Origin: Lepidodermella squamata
Taxonomy: Eukaryota > Animalia > Gastrotricha
Assembly (NCBI GenBank): GCA_047495785.1
Contig: JBLDXI010000009.1
Span: forward strand, 1,302,001 to 1,366,000
Direction of reading: 5' to 3'
DNA length: 64,000 nt
Each line of letters begins with the position of its first letter. Position 1 is the stretch's first letter. Under the pieces are notes generated by a model. The model did no database searches. It was given only the letters and a program-made list of their open reading frames with translations, and was not told where the DNA came from. Position numbers and translations under genes: made by a program. Shown in pieces: positions 1 to 12,524 of the stretch.

Positions 1-454
1 AGAAACAATTTCAAATTCATGAATAATGATAGAAATTCGAGATTTCAGGTGCATTAATAAAATTATCGGCACCTAAATATCAAATCTAGTTGATGTCTGT
101 ATTCGATAAAATTAGTCGATTTTGGCGTTATTCCTATAATTAGGATGAAGGTTCAATTTTTTAACAATAATCGTCTAAAAACTGAAATCTCACTAAATAT
201 AAAATATAAACAGCATCAGATGTTGCTGACGTGGATACTTTTAACCAATTTCCAGACGGCTCAAGTGCAATAGCCTTGATCTAAAAAAATCATTTCGGAT
301 TCTCTTCAATAAGGATTCGGTTTGAAAATTTCGAATGCAATCAAGCGTGTATTGTTCATTGACTCGATTATCAGGTCATGCAAAGCTTCAAGTGGATACT
401 GGAATTTTTACTGACAGCAAATTTGAATAAGGACAATATTTATAACAACATTAT

Positions 455-2336
455 TTATACTGAGATACTCGAGTAAGCACTGTTAGTAGTTATGTCAAGG
501 CCATAGTCCTTTCGCGCATTAGATTCCGATGAAGCCCGATTTTCACTGGAGCTGGACGACTTCTCTCGCATTTCGACACCCGAGTCAGCAACAGGCTGAG
601 CTGTCCGGCAACAAATCATGCCCTTAGCCAGCGTCAACCACTGCCGATTAGATCCGCAGTAGATGAGTGGAGAGAAGAGCAGGAATGTCATAGCGATTGC
701 ATCGTATAGAGATTGAGATTCTTTGGAGATCAGACCAGTCAGTTCTAGCGATCCCCAATCTAGCTTATTATAGGTCAAATGCCAAAGGCTAAAAAGCGCG
801 CCGCTAAGCTGCGAAGGGAGCCATAACAGAACGAAAGCAGCTAGACAATAAAAACACATCAAGGTAGCTCGTCGAGTTTGCCGAGCTGTGTTGTCTTGAT
901 TTGCCTGGGCGACACGCGATTCTGGCAAAGGACTGAAAATCAAATGGTTGAAATGAAACTTTGATAGATTATGGAAATAACTCACGCTGAATGGACCTTG
1001 CTTCTCCGCCGAATAGCGCGGCGACTGATTGGCTGAGTTGATGGTGTTACGCTGTTGTAACCAGCAGTACCAGCTCCTAGTTCCTGTCGATTTTCGAGCC
1101 GCTTTCTCAATACAAGCAAGATTTTCCCATAGACAAAGCACAGAATGATGCCTGGAATGAAGAATTGCGTTACAGGAATGAACAGCTTGTAGCAGTCTAT
1201 CAGGGTGAACAGAAGCTCGTACGACCCAATCGCGAAAGAATCGACCCCGCAAATCAGCGAATAGCCGCGAGTTTCGGGTCCTAGACTCACACCCTTTGAC
1301 AGGAATTAATATAAAAATGGCATTCAATCTCAAAACTTACGTTAAAGTACAACCCTGGGGCGCACATCACAAGCGACAGAAGTAGGATACCTGCGACTAG
1401 CCTGCGAGCCCGTTTTCGCGATAGCTGACGTTGGCTGTCCAGCGGGTTGCAAATGGCCTGATAACGCTCGTAGCCGATCAGCGCCAATGTATAAACGGTT
1501 GTGACTAAACTCAGCTCGCGTAGAATTGAGAAAACGCGACAAGTTACATCCGCAAACCACACTGGATGCGATAGTAACCAAGGTGGGGAGTTTTCAGACA
1601 TTGCCCTCGTCATCTGATGCCAATTTCATTTAATTTTGATTCCTTGAAATTTTGTGATTTCATACCTGAATAGGCAAACGAAACAAAGTGACGACCAAAT
1701 TTGATATTGTCATGGTTACAACGAAGATATTGGTGACCGTTTGCAGCTGGGCGTATTTGGCCCAAGCCAATACTAGAAGACCGTTAACTTGAAGCAAAAA
1801 TTTTAAATATTTTTAGTAAAAAAAGAGGGTCAAAACTAACGAATTAAAGAGCATGGAATTGTTAGGCTGTACAATATTGTAGCTAGCAATACTTGAATAG
1901 GCTTGAAATCGGGTGTAAAGGTGGCATCGCGTAGTTCGAATGTTGTCTGAACCGTTGGGCAAGCGTAGAAAGTTTCGGTCGAGTTGCAACCTAGTTCACT
2001 CGGCGTCGGGGCGAAACATGAGCACTTCCCGGCTATCATAACCAGGCCCAAGCAACCCTCGACGATTTCGGCGTCGAACAAATTTCGCCAGAAGTTGAAC
2101 ATGCTCATCTCATCTCCAGTTGAGTTGAACGGCCAGTGAAGCCAGCAAGCCGCGTCTCGCCCCACGTGTCGCGCCCAGGAAACTTGTGTATGGAAAATCT
2201 GGGCAGACAGCAGGAGATTAAGATCGGTATCGTTCGATGAATTAGCCGACGTTATGATGTCTTGGAGCGTGAGATTAGCTACCTTGCTCTCGAGCGCTAG
2301 AAGGCTCGCCACATCGTATTGCTTCCAAATAGGCAT
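455..2336 (-). CDS. Class A (rhodopsin-like, peptide-receptor-like) GPCR with Cys-rich N-terminal ectodomain, paralog 1; 5 exons
   Basis: Spliced ORFs give TM2 LQTVTNIFVVTMTISNL, TM3 C...LALIGYERYQAICNPL, TM5 FFIPGIILCFVYGKI, TM6 CLAAFVLLWLP, TM7 FSPLIYCG; short GT-AG introns separate the pieces. Confidence 0.9.
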
Positions 2337-2873
2337 TTTAATTCTATTTCCAATCGATGAAAAAATCTACTGCTGCGATTCGAATTTTATCGTAGCCATC
2401 GTATCTTCGGACGATTCGGTACAAACTACCTGCGTCACTGTAAAATTTGTACAAGAGCCCTTTAATTATTCTTCATATTATGCCATATTAAGCATCGTCT
2501 GATGTCGATGATAACGTTTAGAAATGACTGCTGTTCTTACTACGTCATTCACCCAGTATTTATTTCCGCCATCTCACGGCGAAATGTGAATAGACGCCGC
2601 GTGATACCAAAGTGTTTTTTTATCTCTCATCTCGCCTTTTATCAACGAATCGAAATAAAAATTGCAGGTATTTTTTCAAGTCAAAAAGCGCACATTTTCC
2701 TGCATGGTTACTGAAACTGTAAGGAGGTTCGCTTGTTGGCTGGTAAAAGGGATCAGTTTACTTTTATTTGCTTGAACGAAGATTTCATAATTGAACGGAA
2801 AGGAAAAGAAATTTAATTACAAAATGAATTTTTGAAACATTTGAACATCGATTCTCGGCTGAATAGAGATCTA

Positions 2874-3220
2874 CAGCGTGTCCCATATTAGTTGCGCAAT
2901 CAGCATTTTTTTGTGGGAAAATGAACCAATCTTTCGAAACTAGCCTTACCGGGAAAATCTTTCGTCCTTTATCATCAATCCGCGATAAATCGAAAAATTA
3001 TAAGTTTACCGGAGAAAACCCGGAAAATCCCGATGGTAACTGGTTCGGTAATTTTCGGTATTTTACCCCGGTGAGCCATTTTTCACCGGATTTTTTAATC
3101 TAATTTACAAGTGAGATACTTGGCTACTATTCTCACGGCGTTATAACATTTTTCGCCATGATTTTAGAGTTTGTAATCCCTTTTCCTCTTTTTTGCGTTT
3201 TACTTATTTGGGACACGCCG
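2874..3220. mobile_element. Degenerate Tc1/mariner-like MITE
   Basis: Left end TA|cagcgtgtcccatattagt; right end reverse-complements to cggcgtgtcccaaataagt; no coding capacity; right TA duplication not preserved. Confidence 0.55.
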
Positions 3221-3231
3221 TCCATCAGTCT

Positions 3232-5125
3232 CTAAATGATCTGAGTGTTGGTTTCAACTGATGACCGATAAGACAGGCTATTGGTAGAGGTCATCTTGGC
3301 CGAATGATCAGTGGTAATATGGCCTGAGGAATCGACCCTAGAACTAGACGATTTTTCTTGCATTTCAATCGACGCCACTTCTTTCTTCGATGCGGTACGG
3401 CAGCGATCCGAGAAACAGAACATATTGCGCACCAATGCCATCCATTGGCGATTGGCACCGCAGTAGATGAGGGGCGAGAAGAACGCAAAGGTGGTTGAAA
3501 TCGCATCGAACAACATAGCGTTGTTAGGGTTAGCATATACAACAAGATAACCAGATTGCAATTCCGGGAAGTACCATTGCAAGCACACAATGGCTTCATT
3601 CAGTTGAAGAGGAAAACTCAGCAAAACGAAAGCAGCCAAACAGTACAGACACGTGTACGTTGCACGACGCGTTTGTTGGGCTGTCTTTTCAAGTTGTGCC
3701 TTCTCTGCCTGAGCGGATTTTGAAGTAGAAATTCTGAAAATAAATCGAGCTTCAGTTATGAAAATTTGTAGCAACAGGTTGTTACTCAGGATGAATTGCC
3801 GGTCTTCTTCGCACATTGTTCAATGCGGATGAGTTCGCTGGATTTGAGTTTTTCCTAGAATTCCTTACCACATTTAGATTAGCCCTACGCTTTAACGTGT
3901 ATAAAATTCTGCCGTAGACGACACATAGGATGATTGAAGGAATGTAATACTGCGAAATAGCTTCGTAAGTGCGATAGCCAATATACATTGGCATGAATTG
4001 CTCCCCTGAATACTCCGTATTTAGAATTGAACCACAATAAAGTTGATAGGATGTGTAGAACTCTTCGAGATAGACACCCTTAAAAATTCGAAAAATTTCT
4101 ATTAGGTCACATGTTTACAAAATCTCACATTGAAAGCCACTGTTGGTCCGCATAAGATAATGCACCATACCCAAACTATGATTGCCACCCTATAGGCTCT
4201 TCTCCTCGAGAGTTGACGTTGGCTTTGAAGAGGGTTACAGATAGCTTGATATCGCTCATAGCCAATAACAGCCAGCATGTAGATGGAAACGTTCATTGCC
4301 AGGGTTCGGATGATGGAGAATGCCCTGCAGGTCACATCACCCAGCAATAAAGGCCAGTCGAGATACCATGGTACATTATCAATTCTGACAATCAACTGGT
4401 AAGCCTGTTTGGAAGAATTTGGATTTAATGACACGAAACCGAGCTAATCTTACTCTGATTGGCAGTCTGAGAACAGCTAGTCCAACATTCGCAGCAATCA
4501 GATTGAAAATAAAGAAATTAGTAACAGTTCGAAGTTGGGGATTTCGCACCCAAACGACCATCGAGAGACCGCCAACTTGAGAGACAGCTTATTCAACTAT
4601 TGATAAAATGTATCGAATGCACTTACAAAGTACAGAGCAAGGTATGGTGATTAGATAAATCGCAATAGCTGCCGTCATTTGCCAATATTGGTGAGACGGC
4701 GGGAAGTAGTCATCTCGAACTGCCGGCCGCAAAATGTTGTCATGGCAAACTCGAACAGTGTCGTTGGTGCTACAGGACAGCTGCGTAGTCGGATCAATCT
4801 CTCTGCAAAAGCAGTCGTAAACTTTCCAGGAATAGAGGCCGCACCCCTCGGGAATTCTCGAAGCGTAAATATTTCGACGCAGCCTCATAAAGTCTTCGTA
4901 ACCCTTCCAAAATCTTGACGAGTTGAACGGACTCCTCAGCCAACACGCATTGTCACGGCTTTGCGCAATGGACCACGAAAATACCTTGAGAAACATGTAG
5001 ATGGCGATCTGCGTAGTCTTTTCTGTCTCATTGGTGCCATTATCCTGCAAAATCTGGTCAGTTGTCAGAAGACTGTACGTTTCGTTAAGCTCCAAGGCCT
5101 GTCCCACTAAAAAACTTTCATGCAT
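3232..5125 (-). CDS. Class A GPCR with Cys-rich ectodomain, paralog 2; 5 exons
   Basis: LRTVTNFFIFNLIAAN, GYERYQAICNPL, YYIPSIILCVVYGRI, CLAAFVLLSFP, FSPLIYCG; same exon layout as paralog 1. Confidence 0.9.
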
Positions 5126-5849
5126 GTTTCCTAACTCGTGTTAATAAGTGTTTATCAATCAGTGAGATTTCTATATCGATGTTTTTTTTCACCTGCATGT
5201 ACGTCAACGATGTCTGCGCCTGATTTTTCACGGCTCGCTAAATTTTTTAATCAGCTGGGACAATTTTATCCGAAATTCATAGCTGATTGCCCAAAATTAA
5301 ATAGGCGACTGTGTTGTGATGCTATTAATAATTGTTTCTGGAAATAAAACGAGGGAAATTATGTAACGGAATTGAATTCTTCAAAAATTAATTTGACTTA
5401 AAAAAGTTCACATTTTCGATCAGGTGAAGTGTCCAAAGAGCACCGAATCAAATGTACACCGCTTTATCTAATGAGGGGAAATAATCAGGATCTAATAAAA
5501 GACTTTGCTTTATCGCCGCATTGACGCTTTGATAAACGGCACCAAAAACTGGCTCATTTTTATCTACGTATTTGACTATTTCCACGACGGACAAATCCTA
5601 CCCTAGTTTTGACCCAACTTTCCTGTCATTTTATTCAATTTGTGTTCCTCCATAGGTATAAGAGGACTCCTAAAAGTTCCGTGACACTAATAGGTAATAA
5701 TGATTTCGCTTTCCCCATTACTAGGCTCCAGCGCTATTAAATAAATACAATATTCTGGTCAAATTTTAAAGTCAACACTAATTGTTGTAATAATGTCTCA
5801 ATTTACCATATCACCCGACGTAAGTATACCAGTTTTAAGTTTTACAAGG

Positions 5850-6806
5850 ATTAGCTTCTGAAAGTCACGTATTCCAGTTAGCGAAGCTAAGAGATGAGCT
5901 GCATCGAGAGCTTTGGCCAATGATCGCTCCTGAGGGCGACTCATCTATTAGTCCTGATGAGAAAATTGATTGGCACTTAAAAGACGGTACCTCAAAAGAA
6001 ACAACTGGTCTTGTTTACAAAGCAACATCGCCCAAGCTAGGAACAATTTGGAGAATCGACGTACGAGTTTTGGCCATCTTTTTATTCAAATTATTAAAAA
6101 TTCTTCACATGGTTTCAAGGTAATCTTAGACTTGTCAGTTGATCGATTCCACGAAATCTTTGCCGGTCAGACTCGAAAATTGGACTGGGTTCCGCAACTA
6201 GGTAACTAGGTGCTTTGATCCTAGTTGCGCTAAGAATTAATGCTTTCCCTAGGTGACTACGAGATAATTGAGTCGGCTCCAGATGGTAGCTACGACGTTG
6301 CATTCAACATTTCTAAGATTGGCTTCGGTGTTTCGGACAGGTTTTGCTGATAATTTTGATCGCACATATATGGAAAACGATTTCTCATTCTTCTCTTAGG
6401 GATTTCATCAATATTCAATTTCACAGAAGACTCGAGGACGGATCCAGCTATACCTTGATGACGGCTTATCCGAAAGAGCATCCAAAAGATCCGAAGGATC
6501 CACACCGAGTTCGGTAAATAAACTAATTTCTTCCAATTACCCCTTTATAACATAGTTTTTATTAGGGGAGCTTACCTGCCAAGTGGAACACTGATAACAG
6601 CGATCCCGGGTCAGCCTAACAAATGTCATTACACATTTGTGAACAACTTCGATTTAAAGGTATCAATCTCGATCCAAAATTCGAACTTTGTTTATATTCT
6701 TTTGCAGGGGTACATTCCGCGCCGAGTCATCAACATGTTCACTTCTAGTTTTATGGTCGTGTATGGCAAGGCCTTGATAGCCGAGGCGAAAAAATTTGCC
6801 CAGTGA
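5850..6806 (+). CDS. START-domain lipid/sterol transfer protein (STARD3/4/5-like); at least 6 short exons, 5' end unresolved
   Basis: Manual splicing gives ...IWRID|VILDLSVDRFHEIF..RKLDWVPQL|GDYEIIE...GVSDR|DFINIQ...HPKDPKDPHRVR|GAYLPSG...PNKCHYTFVNNFDLK|GYIPRRVINMF...KKFAQ*; RDF, VRG and DLKGxIP are START hallmarks. Confidence 0.85.
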
Positions 6807-6870
6807 TTCATCCATCATCAATCAGCGACAATTATGTAACGCAACTCGATTAGTATGTGTATAACAAAAT

Positions 6871-7284
6871 GACCGTTAACAAGTGAAAAGTGGGGTTTGG
6901 CGAAATTGTTGACATCGTGAGATTTTGATGCCGCTTTCAAGATCAATGAACGAGAAGTCGAACGATATCAAAAAGAGGTTGATAGTCATCAGGGTTTCTG
7001 GGGAAATGGGCTTCAAAGTTTACGGCTTTATAGTTTATAGCTTATTTCGAAAAATGCGCGCTTAAAAAAATAGATTTTATTGCGCCAATCAATGATTCAT
7101 CGCGCAATAAATTTATTGTGCGCAGTCGAAAATTGTTGGGGGCTTTCTTATTGAGGTCTGAATCTGGAAAATTCAAAATCCTCATGAAAAAATTAAGTGA
7201 GAACAGCTGTGAATACAAGAATCAACACTCTTTTGGCCATTTGCTAGAAAATACGCCAAACCTCACTTTTACTTATTAACGGTC
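6871..7284. mobile_element. MITE-like element with about 31-bp terminal inverted repeats
   Basis: gaccgttaacaagtgaaaagtggggtttggcg at 6871 versus reverse complement of right end gaccgttaataagtaaaagtgaggtttggcg; non-coding interior; no clean TSD. Confidence 0.7.
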
Positions 7285-7413
7285 TAACCATTTATTTGAA
7301 AATCCGATGAGACATTGACATTAAAAAGCTGAAGTTTCATATAATGGTTTCTAACACGAGAAAGACATTGGCAGTACACCTCCATGTACCTATATAACAT
7401 GAGAATCGACATT

Positions 7414-10400
7414 TTAGATGACGTTGCCATTTCCAACTGCAGGTTCGGCTAATTCGATTTGAAATACTTGATTCGACGATCCGATGATCGTACCCGGGCC
7501 TCCGCCATTGTTCGGACGCGTTTTGTTGATTTTCTCCTTTTCCTTTTTACCCGAACTGTTTTCGACCATATTAAGGATTTGAATTCGATTGCGCAGATTA
7601 GGCTGGAAAAATACGAAATAATTAGTTGAGAAAATTAAGCTTCAATTAAAAAGTTACCCAGAAAATGAACGTGAAAAGCCGATAGATGTATACGGGCAGG
7701 ATGATTATTATGACCACAGCCAAGGTGACTAGCCAAAAATTAGCTGATGACCATACAGCCAGAACGACGCCGTAGTTCTCGTAATCTGTCCTAGACTGGG
7801 CCAAAGCAACGCTGAACAGAAATTGGAAAACGAAGGCTGTTGCTAGGCTCAACAAGGGGGTGATGTTCAGCACGTTCCAATGTGCGGTTTCGATGCTGAC
7901 CCGAACGGTGACTACAATTACCACGCAAGTCCCAACCGCAATTCCCATCGCCGCTCGGCTATTCGTTATCACGTGACCATCCGTATACGCGAAATCAGCG
8001 AAACCGTGTTGCATCAGGAAGAAAATGACAAGCGAATTGACAATGCCTTCGACTATTGAGAACAGGAAATTCCGCCAGTTGAAAAACTGGTTCGTCAAAC
8101 CGGGTTGGTAGAGTTTCGGGTATTTTACGGAATACTCATCAGGGACATCTTTTTCAAAGACGGCGTAGTAAAATACGCAGGTCGATGTGTAGAACAAGTT
8201 GAAGCATGTGATGAAGTAGGTGTCGTACAGCGAGGCGGCTGAAAAGCCGCAGAAGATGCCGAACCATAGGTGGCTGGTTGAGAATGCCATGGTTTTGTAG
8301 AAAAAGAAGCGCATGAAAACGGCGATGCGGTAATAGGACCGCCGGCCATGAACCAGCAGCAAACGTTGAAGAAAGCGAAATTGAGCAAGGGCGAAGTCTG
8401 AGGAAAGCACGGCTTGTCTACCCTCATGTCCCGAAATGCCAACACCAACGTGGGCTGTTCTAATCATACTCCTTAAAATTGAAAAAATCGGTAAATTGTT
8501 CATGAAAAATCAAATTAATCTAGAGACTCACACGTCATTCGCGCCGTCTCCAATCGCAAGAGTAACAGCTTTTTTCTTCCTTTTGACAAGGGCGACTACC
8601 AAGCCCTTTTGAAGCGGGGTTACCCGGCAACATATCACTGCCTGGCACGAGCAAGCCACGCTTAGAAATTCATCCTCCAAATCCGGCGATAACGCATGCG
8701 TCAAGCTATTCCCATTGATAATCAGGGCAAAGTGGCTTTCTGGAGGAAGAGGTACCACTGTTATGCCGTTGCCGTTCAAGAAACTAATGAAAGAAGCATC
8801 AGGCCTGAAGTTTATATCAGTTGGGGTTGATTGTTCCAGCAGTTGCTTCGTCGTCGCCAGCTGCCGTTCTACGTCCTGAAATGTCTCGCCATCGATGACA
8901 AACTCGCGCGTTGAATCAGTCAACATGCGACACGAATGGCCAATGTTAACAGCAGTTTCCTGGCGATCCCCTGTTAACACCCATATCTTCATACCAGCCT
9001 GGCCAAGTTTCATCACAGTTTCCGGTACACCCTCCTGCAGGTTATCTTCAACGGCCGTCGCGCCGACTAGGGTTAAATTTTTTTCGATTTCAGAATAAAG
9101 CTCCATGAGCTTCGCCTCGCGATCCTCTAGTAATAAGCTAGTTTCCTGGAACTTTGCTAGCCATGGGTACCATTCGTCGTCAAGGATACGCTTCGTCGCG
9201 CAGCATAACGTTCGCAGACCTGCGCTCGCGAAGTCATGCAATTGGTCCTTGGTTCGAGATAAAACGTCAAAGTCTATGCTATTCCGGTCAAGAAGCGGCA
9301 AAACAGACGAATCAGCGCCTTTGCAATAAAGCCGTCGCTCACCTTGCCTCATAACAATTACCGACATTCTTTTCCTTATGTTATCAAATTCAAGAACGTT
9401 CAGTAGTTCGTATACAGTGTCCTCGCCAAGAACTCGAACCGTCACGCTTGAATGCGTTCGGTGCAAGTAGACGAAACCGAAATTCCGAGCCGCACCCACG
9501 AGCGCGGCTTCATCCGGCGATTGAGCTTTGTAACTCAACCTATTCGTCGCCTTGTCAACTTCCGCGTTAATCGTATGGCAGAGTGATAATAACAGGAAGA
9601 AATCGCAAACGGACGCTGAGCCGTTTCGAATTTCCTCCAACAGTGTGGCGTCGTAGAACTTGAAATTCGAATCGTAATAATCTGGTTCGTGCTTCGAAAA
9701 ATCAATCGCCGGATGAGCCATTTTGCTGCGATGATGCTGCTTTTTGCCTGATGTTATCATTGTGCCGTAGCATCGCCCGTTAATTGAGCACATGTTGAAT
9801 GTCATTTTATTCTGCGTCAACGTGCCCGTTTTGTCCGAGAAAACGTACTCGATTTGGCCGAGGTCTTCGTTTAGCATCGTCGATCTCGCCTCAGCTCGAG
9901 TGTCCGTCTCGGCGTGATACATTAACTTATCAGCATTTATGAAACCCCGACTGAGAATAGCCTGTTAGGGAAATTAGATGAAAAGATTGGAAAACACCAA
10001 GGTGGTACCTGAATGCTTTCGAATGTAATGTAAAGCGCTATCGGCATCATTGTTTGAATTAAGATCAAGTAAGATGCCATCCACGCGATACCGGTCACAA
10101 ACGGGTTCACGGTCAATACACGAGGAATAGCCACGGAATAGGCCTTCTGGAAAGCTAGTCCAATACCCCGCTCGAAATCCCAAGATACAACAGCAGCGAT
10201 CACCATTATAGAAAACATGAAAGCGAAAATTCCGAAGAAAAACTTGTTCGACATTTTGTCGACATTTGTTCGTTTCAGTTTCGCTTTTCCAGAATTTTTC
10301 ATCAGTTTCGTTTGTTGGCCGGCGTAAATAACGATCCCGAACGCCCATTCCGCATTTCGAACGGTGCAACCTCGAAGTAAGAGATTGTCGTTGTTGAGGG

Positions 10401-11305
10401 AGTAGATATCGCCCAGCCAAGATAGGCGGCCATCGAAGCGTGACAGGTAGCAATTCGGGCCTTCGCATTGAATTTCTCCATTGAACGAACCAAGGCTTTG
10501 AATGTCATTTCCAAGCTTCATTTGCGTGATATCAAGGCTCATGCGATACTTCAAATTCGTCTCGCCGTCAAGATCGGCGGTTTCGATGAAGCAAATGCCG
10601 CTGTTTTCGCTCGAAGATAGCAGTAGTAAATCAGCCGGAACGTCCTCGTTATTTCGCAACGCAACAATCTGGCCGACTTTAATCGACTGCCACTCGACTT
10701 CTTTGATAAGGATAGACCCGGTTTGTTTAGACTTGGTGATTATTCGTGCCTTTCGCGTGTTTATCCGCCGATCAGAACGGTGCCGCACGAGATCATCTGT
10801 GCCGTATTTGAAGGCAGTTAGCAGGAAAATTGCTCCGATCGCCAGAAAATTCGGCAAAGGGGAATTCGGCGAAATAATTGGCAAGGACTATTGATAAATT
10901 TAAATTACCGATATCAAGTCTTCTCAAACAATTTACCTGTAGGATTAGGATGATAATGAAATAAACGTTAGCTATCCGCAAGCATTGTTCCAATAGATTC
11001 AATGGTAGGAAAGTGAGCAAGGTGTATCGAGATGTCCTGATTTTGTTGTTGCTGTAGTACCACTTCGAATTGAATTTCGCATCCGCGCCACGGATGGTGC
11101 GAATATATTGGCGTTCATCCTCACTTTCTCGCCCGAATAGCAGCCGGAAAATTTCTCTCGGATGCCATGGCGAGGGTGGTGAGCGGTTCAAATCAGCCTT
11201 AGAAGCCGCAGCCGCTGGCAAGGAGGTTGATGACGAGGAATTCAGATGTTTGTTAGGGAATAATATCGAACGCACAGCAGCGATCGGATTATTAGAATTC
11301 GACAT
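7414..11305 (-). CDS. ATP8B-like: P4-type phospholipid-translocating ATPase (flippase), ATP8B-like, copy 1
   Basis: [63 protein letters not shown]...LLVHGR; last exon spliced to stop at 7414. Confidence 0.95.
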
Positions 11306-12524
11306 CAACTTTATCTATCATGTACATGAAAACACATGAATAAAACTCAAGTACAAACCTATGCACTTGACTTCTGCAAGAAATCGATGAGTATTAAAAT
11401 GCGTTCACTTTAAAAGCCAAGTATTGAAGAGGCGAGTGAAGATGCCTAATGCAAATTGAAAGAAGAGACGCATATGCTGACCGAACTACTGTAATAAACA
11501 ACTTGAGATGCAGAAGTAGATCACCTTTAATGATGGAAAAGCGGAAAGATTTCGCACAACTTTTAGTTTTGGAAATACGATATGACAACACCGAACTGTC
11601 AACACGTTAACCTTGAATAAAAGGTAACACATACTCGTTTTTTTAATGTATCAACACGTGAATGAAAATAAGTATAAGCTTCAAAAAAACGTTATCGTGA
11701 GCGCCTTAGTAATGTTTTCCAAAGGGTCCTATGGAACAAGGCATGAGTTTTCATGCGGCACCACGCCTTCATTCAATTACATACGTGTTGATTCAATTCT
11801 GGTCACGCCGTCCGCGTTGACAGTAAGGGTGCGTTTTACTTGAATTACCTTCCACGTAATAGGACATCCGTCATCCCTGTCAAGCTCAATCCGTCACGCC
11901 TTGACCCAATCAAAATGTCTATTCGCAGAGTGTCTGGTTTTGATAACACAATTAAAAAAGAACCGGATTAAAAATGAAGGTATTTTATTCTTCAAGAGTC
12001 TTTCGTTTCCTATATGAAAGCCGAAAGAGAGCGCGAATCAGCGAGCATCAGAAGTCTGTGTAATCGATAGGTAAATATATATTGATGCTGTATAATAAAT
12101 GATGTTATTGTGAGGTGCTCATTGAACAATAATTAGTTTTGTCAACAGCAATTATCGTCTTCATTTCCACGCCGTCATAACAATAACAAATGTCGCGAGA
12201 CACGCCTCAATCTCCGCTCAACGCACCGAAGTCGCTCAATTTATATAGATGAGGTCTCGCCACATTTCAGTTAACACTAATATAGTAACACGAAGAAATA
12301 ATCGATACGTTTATATAGTTTCAAGTAAGAACTCCGGAGTGATGCGAAAGACTCGAGTTTCATTCTCTTCGAACATTTTTTACAGGGATTGAATTAGCCA
12401 TCATCAAACTCTAACAATTTTAATTGTTTACCGACTAAAATTCAGCTCGTCAATAATTTCAAGAGAAAATAAGCGCACAAAAAATTGAACTAAACCGGAG
12501 TAGAAAATTACTATGATATTTGTT

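Noticed and set aside
455-2336. Possibility that the class A GPCRs are opsins
   Set aside because: The position equivalent to the retinal-binding Lys (six residues before the 7.49 position) is Met or Thr in all four
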